From a virus: DNA of 64,000 nt. This document shows, in pieces, positions 7,909 to 16,962 of this stretch. The notes under the pieces were generated by a model. That model had not been told where the DNA came from and ran no database searches. It saw nothing but the letters and a program-made list of their open reading frames with translations. The stretch lies in the IMG/VR virus record IMGVR_UViG_3300033233_000010, positions 32,001-96,000 of that record; one strand, written 5' to 3'. Position 1 is the first letter of the stretch; each line of letters opens with the position of its first letter. The position numbers were made by a program, and so were the translations under genes.

Positions 7909-10893
7909 CTAGCCGCAACCTGTGGTGGCCCCACAAGTTAGACAAAACGCGCAGGTTGCGGCTCTGATCGTGGGATTGCCGCAGACCCCACACGGCTGGT
8001 CAGCGGAGAGGGAGAGGCGCGCTCCAGGCTTCTCCGCGAGGAGCTGCCGCAGGTTCTCCCGCACCGTGTCGTTCGCGGCCAGGTCCAGCACGTTCGCCAC
8101 CGTGTTGGCGGGGGCGTGATCGCCGTTCTTCGCGGCGAGGCCCACCGGAAGCTCGTAGCGGTCGGTCTTGGGCTTGGCCTCGTCGACCGGGGCGGGCTTG
8201 TGAGCGAGGTCGTCGCGGTTGAGGTAAGTGACGGCGAGCGTACGGAAGATGTAGTCGATGACGCTGAACGATGACTTGATGCGAGCATCGCCTTGGACCG
8301 GCCCCGACGGCTCGAACTTGGTGAAGGTGAACGCCTCGACGTACTCGTCGAGGGGAACGCCGTGCTGGAGCCCGAGCGAAGTGAGGATGGCAACGGTGTC
8401 GAGAAGGCCCTGGATCGTCGACCCGGCCTTCGCCATGTCGATGAACAGCTCGCCGATCTTCCCGTCGTCGTACTCGCCGGTACGAACGTAGACCTTCTGG
8501 CCGCTGATCGTCGCCTCTTGCGTGAAGCCGCGACGGCGCTTGGGGAGCCGCTTGCGCTCGGAGAGAAGCGGCGGGGCGAGGATGGGCGCGGTCGAGCCTG
8601 GAGCCGGCGTGGGCCGGAGGTCAATGGCAATCGCCTTGGTCTTCTCCTTCTTGGAGGTGAGCACCTGGCATCCCTTGGAGCCGTCGCGGTAGACCGCGAG
8701 CGCTTTGACGCCGAGCTTCCACGACTCGATGTAGACCTGTTCGATCTCGTCGACGGTCGCGCTCTCGGGCATGTTGACCGTCTTGCTGATGGCTCCACAG
8801 AGGAAGGGTTGGGCCGCCGCCATCATCTTGACATGCGCCATAGGCGCGATGAAGCGCTGGCCGCGCTCGCCGCACTGAGTCGCGCAGTCGAAGACGGGGA
8901 GGTGCTCGCGCTTGAGCGTACCCGAGCCTTCGATCGTCTCGTGCGCCGCGATGTGGGCTTCGAGCAGCAGGCGCTCGCTGGGCGCGTAGCCCAGCCGCTC
9001 CAGTGCCGGACCAACCGACTGGTTCACGAGCTTCATCGCACCGCCACCGGCCATCGCCTTGTTCTTCACGAGCGCGAAGTCGGGCTCGATACCCGTCGTA
9101 TCGCAGTCCATGAGAAGGCCGATCGTGCCTGTCGGGGCGAGGAGAGTGAGCTGGGCGTTGCGATAGCCCCACATCTCACCCGCCGTGATCGCGCTCTCCC
9201 ACGAACCCTTGGCCGCAGCGGCGATGTGGATGTCGAAGCGGCTCGGCTTCGATTTCTTCCCCTCGGCGGCGTGCATGCGAGCGACGTTGAGCATGTGCGC
9301 CCGGTTGCGCTCGAAAGCCGAGAAGGAGCCCCTCACCGATGCGATCTCAGCCGAACGGTCCCACGCCGTTGCGGCCATGAGCGACGTGATCGACGCGCAG
9401 ATGCCACGACCCTCGTCCGAGTCGTAGGAAACGCCGAGGCGCATGAGCAGCGCGCCGAGGTTCGCGTAGCCGAGCCCGAGCGGACGTAGCTGGTGGCTAT
9501 TCTCGGCGAACGCCTTGGTGGGGTAGCTGGCGTGATCGACGAGGATGTCCATCGCGAGGATGAGCACGCGACAGACGTGCTCGAATCCTGCGATGTCGAA
9601 GGTGCCGTCGGGGAGCAGGAACTTGACGAGGTTGATCGACGACAGGTTGCACGCGCTGTCGTTGACGAAGTGGAACTCGTTACATGGGTTAGCCGCATCG
9701 ATGCGAGCGAAGTCGGGAACGGTGTTCCAGCGGTTGATCGTCGTGTCGAACATCATCCCGGGGTCGGCGCATCGGTGCGCCGCCTCGGCGATCTTCCGCA
9801 TGAGCTTCTTCGCCTTGAGCGTCTTGGCGACCTTGCCCGTGGTACGGTACTTCGTCTGCCAGTCGCCATCGTTGAGGACAGCGTGCATGAAGTCATCGGT
9901 GACGCGAACCGAGTTGTTGGCGTTCTGGCCCGAAACGGTCGCATACGCCTCGCCGTTGAAGTCGGGCGAGTAGCCGGCCTTCACGAGCACGGCGACCTTG
10001 TCCTCCTCGCGCGCCTTCCACTCGATGAATTCCTCGATGTCCGGGTGGTCGGCGTCGAGGCACACCAGCTTGGCCGCGCGGCGTGTCGTACCTCCCGACT
10101 TCACTGAGCCTGCCGCCGCGTCGTAGACCTTGAGGAACGACATGAGGCCCGATGAGGACCCGCCGCCGGACAGCTTCTCGTTCTTGGCGCGGAGCGTGGA
10201 GAAGTTGGCTCCAGCACCCGAACCGTACTTGAAGATCCGCATCTCCTCGGCGATGCCGAGGCCGATCTGCGTGAGGTCGTCCTTCACCGTACGGATGAAG
10301 CACGCGCTCACCTGGGGGCGCGAGAATCCGTCCAGCGTCTCGCTGGCGACGCCGGTCTTGAGGTCAACGGCCCAGTTGCCGGCGGGATCGCCCTTGATGC
10401 CGTAGCTCTCGTGGAGTCCGAGGTTGAACCACACCGGCGAGTTGAAGGCAACGAATTGACGGACGAGGATGTAGCGCAGCTCATCGCGCAGCGCCCTCAC
10501 GTCTTCGTCGGAGACGAGGTAGCCTTGGCTTCTTCCGGCGTTGGCGATCGCGTTGGCGATCCGGTCGATGACCTGTCGTACGCTCCTCTCGGAGCCGGTG
10601 GCAACCGGCTTTCCGCCGTTCAGGTTGGCGAGCCCGTCGACGACCGACTGCGGGACGCCGCCTTTGCGGAAGTACTTGGAGACGAGGATGTCTCCGGCGA
10701 CCTTCGACCAGGCCACCGGGATCTCCACGTCGTCCATCTGGAAGACGACCGACCCGTCGGGGTTGGCGATCTTCGCCGTGCGACGCTCGAACTTGACTTC
10801 CGCGTAAGGGTCGTGCTCGGAAGCGGTGAAGTGACGCTCAACCGAGATGTGACCGCCGACGCGCGTGGCCGGGCCAACCGCCGCGATGCTCAT
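7909..10893 (-). CDS. nrdJ: Class II (B12-dependent) ribonucleotide reductase with C-terminal TSCPD-like domain
   Basis: FNSPVWFN, SACFI, ANPCNEF, APTGTIG and GAISKTVN motifs; ORF open to 10965, start ATG 10893 preferred. Confidence 0.95.
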   Translation of the reverse strand: MSIAAVGPATRVGGHISVERHFTASEHDPYAEVKFERRTAKIANPDGSVVFQMDDVEIPVAWSKVAGDILVSKYFRKGGVPQSVVDGLANLNGGKPVATGSERSVRQVIDRIANAIANAGRSQGYLVSDEDVRALRDELRYILVRQFVAFNSPVWFNLGLHESYGIKGDPAGNWAVDLKTGVASETLDGFSRPQVSACFIRTVKDDLTQIGLGIAEEMRIFKYGSGAGANFSTLRAKNEKLSGGGSSSGLMSFLKVYDAAAGSVKSGGTTRRAAKLVCLDADHPDIEEFIEWKAREEDKVAVLVKAGYSPDFNGEAYATVSGQNANNSVRVTDDFMHAVLNDGDWQTKYRTTGKVAKTLKAKKLMRKIAEAAHRCADPGMMFDTTINRWNTVPDFARIDAANPCNEFHFVNDSACNLSSINLVKFLLPDGTFDIAGFEHVCRVLILAMDILVDHASYPTKAFAENSHQLRPLGLGYANLGALLMRLGVSYDSDEGRGICASITSLMAATAWDRSAEIASVRGSFSAFERNRAHMLNVARMHAAEGKKSKPSRFDIHIAAAAKGSWESAITAGEMWGYRNAQLTLLAPTGTIGLLMDCDTTGIEPDFALVKNKAMAGGGAMKLVNQSVGPALERLGYAPSERLLLEAHIAAHETIEGSGTLKREHLPVFDCATQCGERGQRFIAPMAHVKMMAAAQPFLCGAISKTVNMPESATVDEIEQVYIESWKLGVKALAVYRDGSKGCQVLTSKKEKTKAIAIDLRPTPAPGSTAPILAPPLLSERKRLPKRRRGFTQEATISGQKVYVRTGEYDDGKIGELFIDMAKAGSTIQGLLDTVAILTSLGLQHGVPLDEYVEAFTFTKFEPSGPVQGDARIKSSFSVIDYIFRTLAVTYLNRDDLAHKPAPVDEAKPKTDRYELPVGLAAKNGDHAPANTVANVLDLAANDTVRENLRQLLAEKPGARLSLSADQPCGVCGNPTIRAATCAFCLTCGATTGCG

Positions 10894-11096
10894 CCTCTGC
10901 TGCCTCTCGTGCGCTGGGTCTTCTACAGGAAATGCGAGGCCCATCCTACCGCGATCATCTGACACGGCCTAGCCCATCTTCGACCGGTTTTCGCTTTTAG
11001 ATTGAGAACATCGCTGATCGAAATGACGCCGTGCGTTTTCCTGCACGGATCACGGGTTAGCGCGATGTTCCAGGGTGCGACGTGAAGCTAGTTGCC

Positions 11097-11876
11097 TCAC
11101 CCGGAAGTGAGCAAACCGTCGAAGCGCGCGGCTTCGACCTTGTGCTCCGACATCGTGGCGCAGTCCAGGCACGGCGACATGAGCTGATGCGCGAGCATCT
11201 GGGCGTCGGTCTTGCCCGCGTGGGACCATCGTTGCCGACCACCGCTCGGGCACCGCACGATCCAGCCGTCCTGCGGACGCTTCTCAGTGAGCGCCCAGAG
11301 GTAGATGTAGTCGGCGAGCTGCGGGATCTTCACAGTGAGGTAGTGCTCGCGCGTGCCGTCATTGAGCATGTTCACGTCGAACGTGGAGTCCGGCGCGTCG
11401 GCGATCTTGTCCTCACTCGGATGCCCGCGCTTGATCGGCACGCTCGGGCGCTTCACGCGGATCGCAACGACGAGGGTGTCCTTGGGGACTCGCTGCCGGA
11501 CGGCGACGATCTCCTGATCCGGGTGGCGCCCGTCGGAGATGATCGCGATACGCGCTTGGTTGAGCGCAAAGCGGTCGCAGAAGCGGTCCGACCACACGGT
11601 CGGCCCGAGGCGCTGCCGCGCCTCCTCGCCCTCTTCTTGCATGAGCAGCCGCGGCGTCTTGCTGTAGGCCCCGTTGGCGAGGTCTTCCTTCTCGGCCTGC
11701 GTTCCGTTCAAGATCCGCATGGGGATGCCGGTCTTGAGGTGGACGCACATCTTGAGCGGAGCGGCATAGGAGTCGCGGACCGCGTCGGGCAGCAGCTCCT
11801 TGAGCGCGTCGGCGGTCGTATCCTTTCCAGCGCCGAGGTTACCGCAGACGACGACGACAACGCGGCGGTAGCTCAT
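11097..11876 (-). CDS. Deoxynucleoside monophosphate kinase
   Basis: P-loop GNLGAGKDT, SYAAPLK, TPRLLMQ, IISDGRH, HPSE. Confidence 0.85.
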   Translation of the reverse strand: MSYRRVVVVVCGNLGAGKDTTADALKELLPDAVRDSYAAPLKMCVHLKTGIPMRILNGTQAEKEDLANGAYSKTPRLLMQEEGEEARQRLGPTVWSDRFCDRFALNQARIAIISDGRHPDQEIVAVRQRVPKDTLVVAIRVKRPSVPIKRGHPSEDKIADAPDSTFDVNMLNDGTREHYLTVKIPQLADYIYLWALTEKRPQDGWIVRCPSGGRQRWSHAGKTDAQMLAHQLMSPCLDCATMSEHKVEAARFDGLLTSG

Positions 11877-12163
11877 TTCAGGCTCCCGACACGCGAAGAC
11901 GGCTTGGCCTTGGGCTCCTCGGGTTTGGGCGTTTCCACCGGAGCGGACACCAAGCGTGGCGCTCCGTTGATGTACTCGACCCGAAAGCGACCGACGGCTT
12001 TGGGCAGCTTCGAGCCGCGGCAGGCCGGAACCTTCAGGTAGACGTAGAGCATGGGCGACTCGGCGGTGCCGCCGACACCGATGCACGCCACATCGACGAG
12101 CGGAATCATGGCGAGCTGCGCCCGGAGCTTCTCGATCGCCGCGCTCTCTTCTGTCTTGCTCAC
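11873..12163 (-). CDS. Hypothetical protein
   Basis: GGAGAG RBS; coupled to neighbours. Confidence 0.7.
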   Translation of the reverse strand: MSKTEESAAIEKLRAQLAMIPLVDVACIGVGGTAESPMLYVYLKVPACRGSKLPKAVGRFRVEYINGAPRLVSAPVETPKPEEPKAKPSSRVGSLK

Positions 12164-12543
12164 GCCGTAGCTCTCCTCTTCGGTGGATCTTCGCCTCGCG
12201 AGATCGCTCGGCCCTCGACCATACGCCGAATCTTCTCGGCCTTGGCCGCTTCGCGCTCGGCGTCACGCAGCTTGGACGTTTCGACGATCTTCTCGATGAA
12301 GCAGTTCCAGCTCGCTGGCTCGGCGGTGCCCCAGTTGACCGTGTCCGCGACGCGACCACAGCCGCACGAGCAGCGCAGTGGTCTTCCCTCAGCATCGACT
12401 CCTCGCGGCGCAAAGAGGGGAGGCTCGTTGAAGAACGGCAGGTCGGGCGGCGCCTGGGTGACGGGCTTGGGCCGTTTCGACGCCTTGACCGGCTTGTCGA
12501 GCTTGGCGGTGGCCTCCTTCGCCTTCTTCGGCTTCTGGGTCAT
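12160..12543 (-). CDS. Hypothetical protein (CSCGCG motif)
   Basis: ATG overlapping the upstream TGA; Lys-rich N-terminus. Confidence 0.7.
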   Translation of the reverse strand: MTQKPKKAKEATAKLDKPVKASKRPKPVTQAPPDLPFFNEPPLFAPRGVDAEGRPLRCSCGCGRVADTVNWGTAEPASWNCFIEKIVETSKLRDAEREAAKAEKIRRMVEGRAISRGEDPPKRRATA

Positions 12544-12782
12544 CACGAGCGTCCTCTCGCGAGGAATCCGACGATGAAGCCGACCGCGAGCGTAAGACCG
12601 ACGAGGCACCCGAGGGCGCCGATGACCAGTGAGCCGTTGCGCGGCGGCTCGGGGTGAGGGCCGGGGGCTGGCGGTGACGTGAGCTTGTGACCGAGCCTGT
12701 GGGCGCAGAACGGGCAGGACTCGCCGAAGCTCGCCACGGGCCGGTCGCTACAGGTCGCGCACCAGATACTCATGTGCGTCAT
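12543..12782 (-). CDS. Small Zn-ribbon membrane protein
   Basis: CATC…CPFC plus a C-terminal hydrophobic helix (LVIGALGCLVGLTLAVGFIVGFLA). Confidence 0.7.
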   Translation of the reverse strand: MTHMSIWCATCSDRPVASFGESCPFCAHRLGHKLTSPPAPGPHPEPPRNGSLVIGALGCLVGLTLAVGFIVGFLARGRS

Positions 12783-12783
12783 C

Positions 12784-13287
12784 CTACCCCTGGCGCGCGT
12801 CATCGGACCCGAGCGACTTGAGGGGCCGGCGCGTGAGCTTCTCCGTCGTCTCCTGGGCCAGTTGGCGAAGCCGCTCGCGCGTGCGCTTGCGCGTCTCGTC
12901 GGCCTGGTGCATGCGCTCGAACTTCTTCTGGGAGAGGTCGGTGATGGTCTGGAATGAGAGCGGAAAGAGCGTGCGCGCCCCCACGGCGCGACCGCCGACG
13001 CCACCCGAGTAGCTCGGGGGCGACTCGACGAGCGGCTTCGTGGCGGAGACCGCGCTGCTCGACTCCGTCTTGGGCTTCTCCTCGGACTGAGGCTTCTGCT
13101 CGATCGTGAAGCCGGTCTTGAGGTTGTACCGGAGATGGCCCTCGCGCATCAGTTCGCCGAGCACGTCGGCGGTCTTGTCGACTGCGCCGAGCGATGCTTC
13201 GGCCACGTCCTTGAGCCGCACGGCGGCGGGCTTCTTGGCCGCGATGGTGTGGACAGCGCGCAGGACGGCTTCTTGTTCCGCGTTCAC
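12784..13287 (-). CDS. Winged-helix-like protein
   Basis: VRLKDVAE…VLGELMREGHLRY; C-terminal LTRRPLKSL. Confidence 0.65.
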   Translation of the reverse strand: MNAEQEAVLRAVHTIAAKKPAAVRLKDVAEASLGAVDKTADVLGELMREGHLRYNLKTGFTIEQKPQSEEKPKTESSSAVSATKPLVESPPSYSGGVGGRAVGARTLFPLSFQTITDLSQKKFERMHQADETRKRTRERLRQLAQETTEKLTRRPLKSLGSDDARQG

Positions 13288-13610
13288 AGAGACCCCCGAG
13301 CTGCCTCCACGATGCCTTCGAGGAAGGCGAGGGCATGAAGCTGAACCGTACCGTGATCGAGACCGGCGTCTTTGGCGATGGCATCGCAGGCGACCATGAA
13401 CGCCTGCCCGATCGCCTCCGCGCCGTCTTCTTCCTTGAGCTGTGAGGAGACGTAGTCGAACGTCGCTCGCACGACCTCGTCGATCGACTTGCTGTCGGAC
13501 GCGTCGGTCTTGAGCGTACCGGGCTTGGTGGTCGTGACGGCGGGAGCGGGCTCAGCCTTGACCCCGGCGAGAAACGAGTCCAGGTCTTCCGCCAGTCGCT
13601 TGAGGCTCAC
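13284..13610 (-). CDS. Hypothetical acidic protein
   Basis: GTGA overlaps at both ends; GC3-rich codons. Confidence 0.75.
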   Translation of the reverse strand: MSLKRLAEDLDSFLAGVKAEPAPAVTTTKPGTLKTDASDSKSIDEVVRATFDYVSSQLKEEDGAEAIGQAFMVACDAIAKDAGLDHGTVQLHALAFLEGIVEAARGSL

Positions 13611-13843
13611 AGGGGCGAGCCTCCGGGATTGACGTTGGCATCCTTCGAGTCGACGTAGAAGACGCCGCCCTCGGACGACGGCTTGCCGCCGGTGCGCTTG
13701 ACGGCGAGCCTGCCGCCCGAGACGGACTGGACGTAGCCTTTGTCACCGCCGGTGGTCGTCACGTAGTCGCCGACCTTGGCCTCCGCCAGCGACCGGAACG
13801 TCTCGATCGCCTCACGGAGACCGGGCTTGAGCATCTTGTCCAC
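13607..13843 (-). CDS. Putative head-associated protein with LREAIETFRSLAE leader and small beta domain
   Basis: GGAGG RBS; motif shared with three other ORFs. Confidence 0.7.
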   Translation of the reverse strand: MDKMLKPGLREAIETFRSLAEAKVGDYVTTTGGDKGYVQSVSGGRLAVKRTGGKPSSEGGVFYVDSKDANVNPGGSPL

Positions 13844-13902
13844 GACGATCCTCCGCTGACGGGCCTCGACCTCGGTGAACGACGACTTCGCGTCGGCTTG
13901 GA

Positions 13903-14841
13903 CTACGCCAGGCCGTGCTGCCGGACGAACGCCTGGTCGGCGTCCTCGCCGGGACGGATGCCGTCTTCCTGCTCGAAGCGCACGTCGACCTTCTCGCGAC
14001 CCGACGCGTCGTAGCCGGGGCCGGAGACGCCAGCCGTCGAACGCGTGGCCGCGGCCTTGGCCTCGGCGTCGGCGGGGATCGACGCGGCGTCGCCCTTGTA
14101 GTCCTTGTCGGGCTTGACGTGGTCGTCGAACTTGGACTTCGACGCCGTCTGCGCCTTGCCGTCCGGGGTCTTCTGGTCGGGCGCCGGTGCGGGGATGCCG
14201 GCCTCGGCGACGGGTCGGCGACGCAGGTCACCGACTCGGTCTTGGAGCATCGCCGCGGCGAACTCCAGGTCTTCCTGGTCGTTCTTCGGCGTCGACCGGA
14301 AGTTGTCCTGGCCCTCGTCCTCGCGCTGCTTCCCGCGCTGCTCGTGACGCACGTCCACGCGCTCGCGCCCGGTCGCATCGTAGCCGGGACCCTTCACGCC
14401 AGCCGTCGAGCGAGTAGCCGCGGCCTTCGCCTCGGGATCGCTCGGCTCGCTGACCTTGTCGCGCTTGTAGTCCTGCTGGTCCTTGGGCTCGGTGCCCGTG
14501 AACTTGGACTTCGACGCGGTCTGCTTCCCGCTCGCGACCTGGCCTTGGGGGGCGGGCGCCGGGAGGGCCGCTTCGTTGACCGAGCGGAACCGCTGGATTG
14601 CGTCGTGGAGACTCATCGTGTTCAACTCCTCGCCGAGCGTTTCGCGCCCGTATTCTCGTGGCTTCGTCGGATGCTTGATGGGGACCGTCCGCATCGCACC
14701 CTTGAACCGTCCGTGCCGAGTGGGTTTCGCTCCGCGAATGACCTTCTTGCGGATCTCGCCGAGGAGGCGGTCGACATCGGGGTGGTCCATCTCGGAAAGC
14801 TCCACACGTTTATGGTAACTCGCGGACGGGGTTGGCGTCAC
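13903..14841 (-). CDS. Putative head-internal polyprotein with two tandem repeat units
   Basis: Duplicated ~85-aa unit (E|A.PAPAP…QTASKSKF…EAKAAATRSTAGV.GPGYDA.GRE.VDVR.EQ); possible in-frame second start ATG 14616 with GAGGAG RBS. Confidence 0.8.
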   Translation of the reverse strand: MTPTPSASYHKRVELSEMDHPDVDRLLGEIRKKVIRGAKPTRHGRFKGAMRTVPIKHPTKPREYGRETLGEELNTMSLHDAIQRFRSVNEAALPAPAPQGQVASGKQTASKSKFTGTEPKDQQDYKRDKVSEPSDPEAKAAATRSTAGVKGPGYDATGRERVDVRHEQRGKQREDEGQDNFRSTPKNDQEDLEFAAAMLQDRVGDLRRRPVAEAGIPAPAPDQKTPDGKAQTASKSKFDDHVKPDKDYKGDAASIPADAEAKAAATRSTAGVSGPGYDASGREKVDVRFEQEDGIRPGEDADQAFVRQHGLA

Positions 14842-15765
14842 CTACTCTCCTGTTCCGGCTGGGCCGGATCGGCGGATGAGCGGTGGAGCAGTCTTCTTGG
14901 ACCTGCGCTTGCCCCCCTCGCTTCGGACATCGACGGCGCGCTGTCCGTTGATGGACCCCATGAAGGGACCAACGGACAACGCGACCGTGGCTTCGGCGAG
15001 AGTGGCGCGAAAGGCTCGGATGACTTCGCGCAGCTGCTCGTAGGTGTGGAGGATCTTGTGCTGAGCGCTCGGCTTGGTTGTGATGAAGCGCTTCCCGGCG
15101 TGCTGGACGACGTGAACGGGTCGACCGATCTGACTGCGGATCTCCTTCGCCTGTCGGAACAGGTGGACCGTGTGGGCGAGCGTCCCAGGCTTGTGCCGTG
15201 TGGAGAGAACTCCGGCGGGTTCGGCGGGAGCGGGCGGCTTGGGCGTCGGCTCCGCGGGCGGTTGAGCGCCGAGCCACGCGAGCTTGGCTCCGAGCGCGGG
15301 CGAAGGCTTGGTCTCGCGAGCGCTCGCGTGCTGCGCGTCGGGTGCAGCGGTCGGGGTCGCCTGGGTGCTTCGTTTGGCGGGTAGCCACGAGTGTGAGGCG
15401 GGGCGCGCGGTCGCTGCCGGCGTAGCGGCGGGCTCGGCTTGGGGAGCATGGCGAGAAGCGGGTGCCCGCGATGTCGACGGCTTGAACGGAGTGTGAGCGT
15501 GGGGCTCCGTAGTCGCGTAGTGGGCGCGCGACTGGGTAGCCGCCTTCGGGTCAACAGCGGGACGTTGGGCGCGCTGCTTCCGCGCGGCGAGAGCCTGAAA
15601 GGCCGGGTGCCTCGGCTGGGGTCGCATCTGCGGTGTCGATGGCGGCGGTCCGCGACGACGCTTCCGCTCGATGGGGAAGTTCTTGGGCATCTCGCGCTGG
15701 GGCGAGACGAGGCCCTTGATGCGCGAGAGTAGGCCCTCGTCGACGATCCGTTCGGACAGGCTCAC
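14842..15765 (-). CDS. Basic Pro/Ala-rich putative head-internal protein
   Basis: MSLSERIVDE leader; internal LREVIRAFRATLAE motif. Confidence 0.75.
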   Translation of the reverse strand: MSLSERIVDEGLLSRIKGLVSPQREMPKNFPIERKRRRGPPPSTPQMRPQPRHPAFQALAARKQRAQRPAVDPKAATQSRAHYATTEPHAHTPFKPSTSRAPASRHAPQAEPAATPAATARPASHSWLPAKRSTQATPTAAPDAQHASARETKPSPALGAKLAWLGAQPPAEPTPKPPAPAEPAGVLSTRHKPGTLAHTVHLFRQAKEIRSQIGRPVHVVQHAGKRFITTKPSAQHKILHTYEQLREVIRAFRATLAEATVALSVGPFMGSINGQRAVDVRSEGGKRRSKKTAPPLIRRSGPAGTGE

Positions 15766-15780
15766 CTTGGCCGGCGTCTC

Positions 15781-16962
15781 CTACTTGTGGTGGAACTTCT
15801 TGAGGGTTTGCGCCAACCTCGCGCGCTTGCCTTCCTTGCCACCCTTCTCGGCGGCGGCGGCGAGCTTCCCGGCTGGGATCTTCTTGCCCTCGGGCACGCC
15901 CATCTGCTTGTGGAGCGCGCCCTTCTTCATGTGCATCGCGGCGATCCACTTCTTCGCCTCGTCGAGCTGCATGCCGGCGGTCCGATCTTCGGCGACCTCG
16001 GCCTGGGCAGACGCGTCGCGAAGCGAAGCGGCGCCGACACGCGCCTCGCGGAGCATGCTCGCGCTCGGCTGGCTCACGCCCTCCTTGACGGTGATGTCGT
16101 CCTTGGCGAGCGGTGCGGTGCCGCCGTTGGCCGAGTTGAACTGGCCGGGCTCGACCTCGGCGGGCGAGCGGAGCTTGCCGCCGAGACCCTTGAGCGCCTT
16201 GCCGATCTTCTCGCCCTTGGGCTTGGGCACCGACTCGCCCTCGACGGCGGGCTCGGCGTCGACGGGCGGAGTCGTCGTCTCGGTCGTCGGCTTCACTCCG
16301 AGGTCGGCTGCGTTGCGGAGCCTGGCCGCGTCGTCGGCGGCGAACTGCGCGATGTCGGCGATCGTGAACGCCGGCTTGTTGCTCACGCCGGTTCCGAGTT
16401 CGAGCGCCGGGTTCGACTCGTGCTGAGTCTTGAGCGACTTTTCCAGCGCAGCGCCGTCGACCAGCATCGGTCGTTCGAGGAACGCCGTGGGGAGGCGCAT
16501 CGCGGCTCCGGCGTTCCCGGACGTGGTCATCTCGGCGACCAGCTTGTCCTTCAGGGCCGGGAGATCCTCGATCGCGATGTTGAGGATCTCACCGGCGACG
16601 AACTGCTTGATCGCCTTGGCGTCATCACCACTGACACCGTACTGGCGCATGTCGGGCACGCGTCCCATGCGCATCGCCACCTCGGCGATGCCCATGACGA
16701 TCGTCGGGTTGAGCCCACGATCCTCGGCGAACTTGTCGATCTCGGTCTTCCGCGAGTGGAGGACCAGCTCGCGCGTGTCGGGCGACATGAGCTTGGCGTC
16801 GCGGCTGAACCCGCCCACCGGCGCTTCGAGCGGCGAGTCTTCGTCCATGCGCATCGCGGCGGGAGAGTTGAGCGCAGCGCCGGGACCGCCGCTACGAACC
16901 CGATGGTTCGCCGGATCGCTCGGGTCCCACTTGTTCTTGCCGTTCTTTCCGTTGGTACTCAT
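15781..16962 (-). CDS. Putative virion protein, paralog of 16959..18692, with a C-terminal basic peptide
   Basis: Shares three modules with the upstream paralog; ends in AKKWI…ARLAQTLKKFHHK. Confidence 0.8.
   Translation of the reverse strand: MSTNGKNGKNKWDPSDPANHRVRSGGPGAALNSPAAMRMDEDSPLEAPVGGFSRDAKLMSPDTRELVLHSRKTEIDKFAEDRGLNPTIVMGIAEVAMRMGRVPDMRQYGVSGDDAKAIKQFVAGEILNIAIEDLPALKDKLVAEMTTSGNAGAAMRLPTAFLERPMLVDGAALEKSLKTQHESNPALELGTGVSNKPAFTIADIAQFAADDAARLRNAADLGVKPTTETTTPPVDAEPAVEGESVPKPKGEKIGKALKGLGGKLRSPAEVEPGQFNSANGGTAPLAKDDITVKEGVSQPSASMLREARVGAASLRDASAQAEVAEDRTAGMQLDEAKKWIAAMHMKKGALHKQMGVPEGKKIPAGKLAAAAEKGGKEGKRARLAQTLKKFHHK

Noticed and set aside
7909-10965. Inteins in NrdJ, TerL, RecA, helicase or PolA
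   Set aside because: Lengths and motif spacing are near normal; no C/S…HN-C/S/T splice junctions seen
13844-13902. Frameshift fusion of the 13903 gene into the 13607 gene (the gap reads as plausible codons in the downstream frame)
   Set aside because: The downstream GTG has a well-spaced GGAGG RBS and no slippery site is visible
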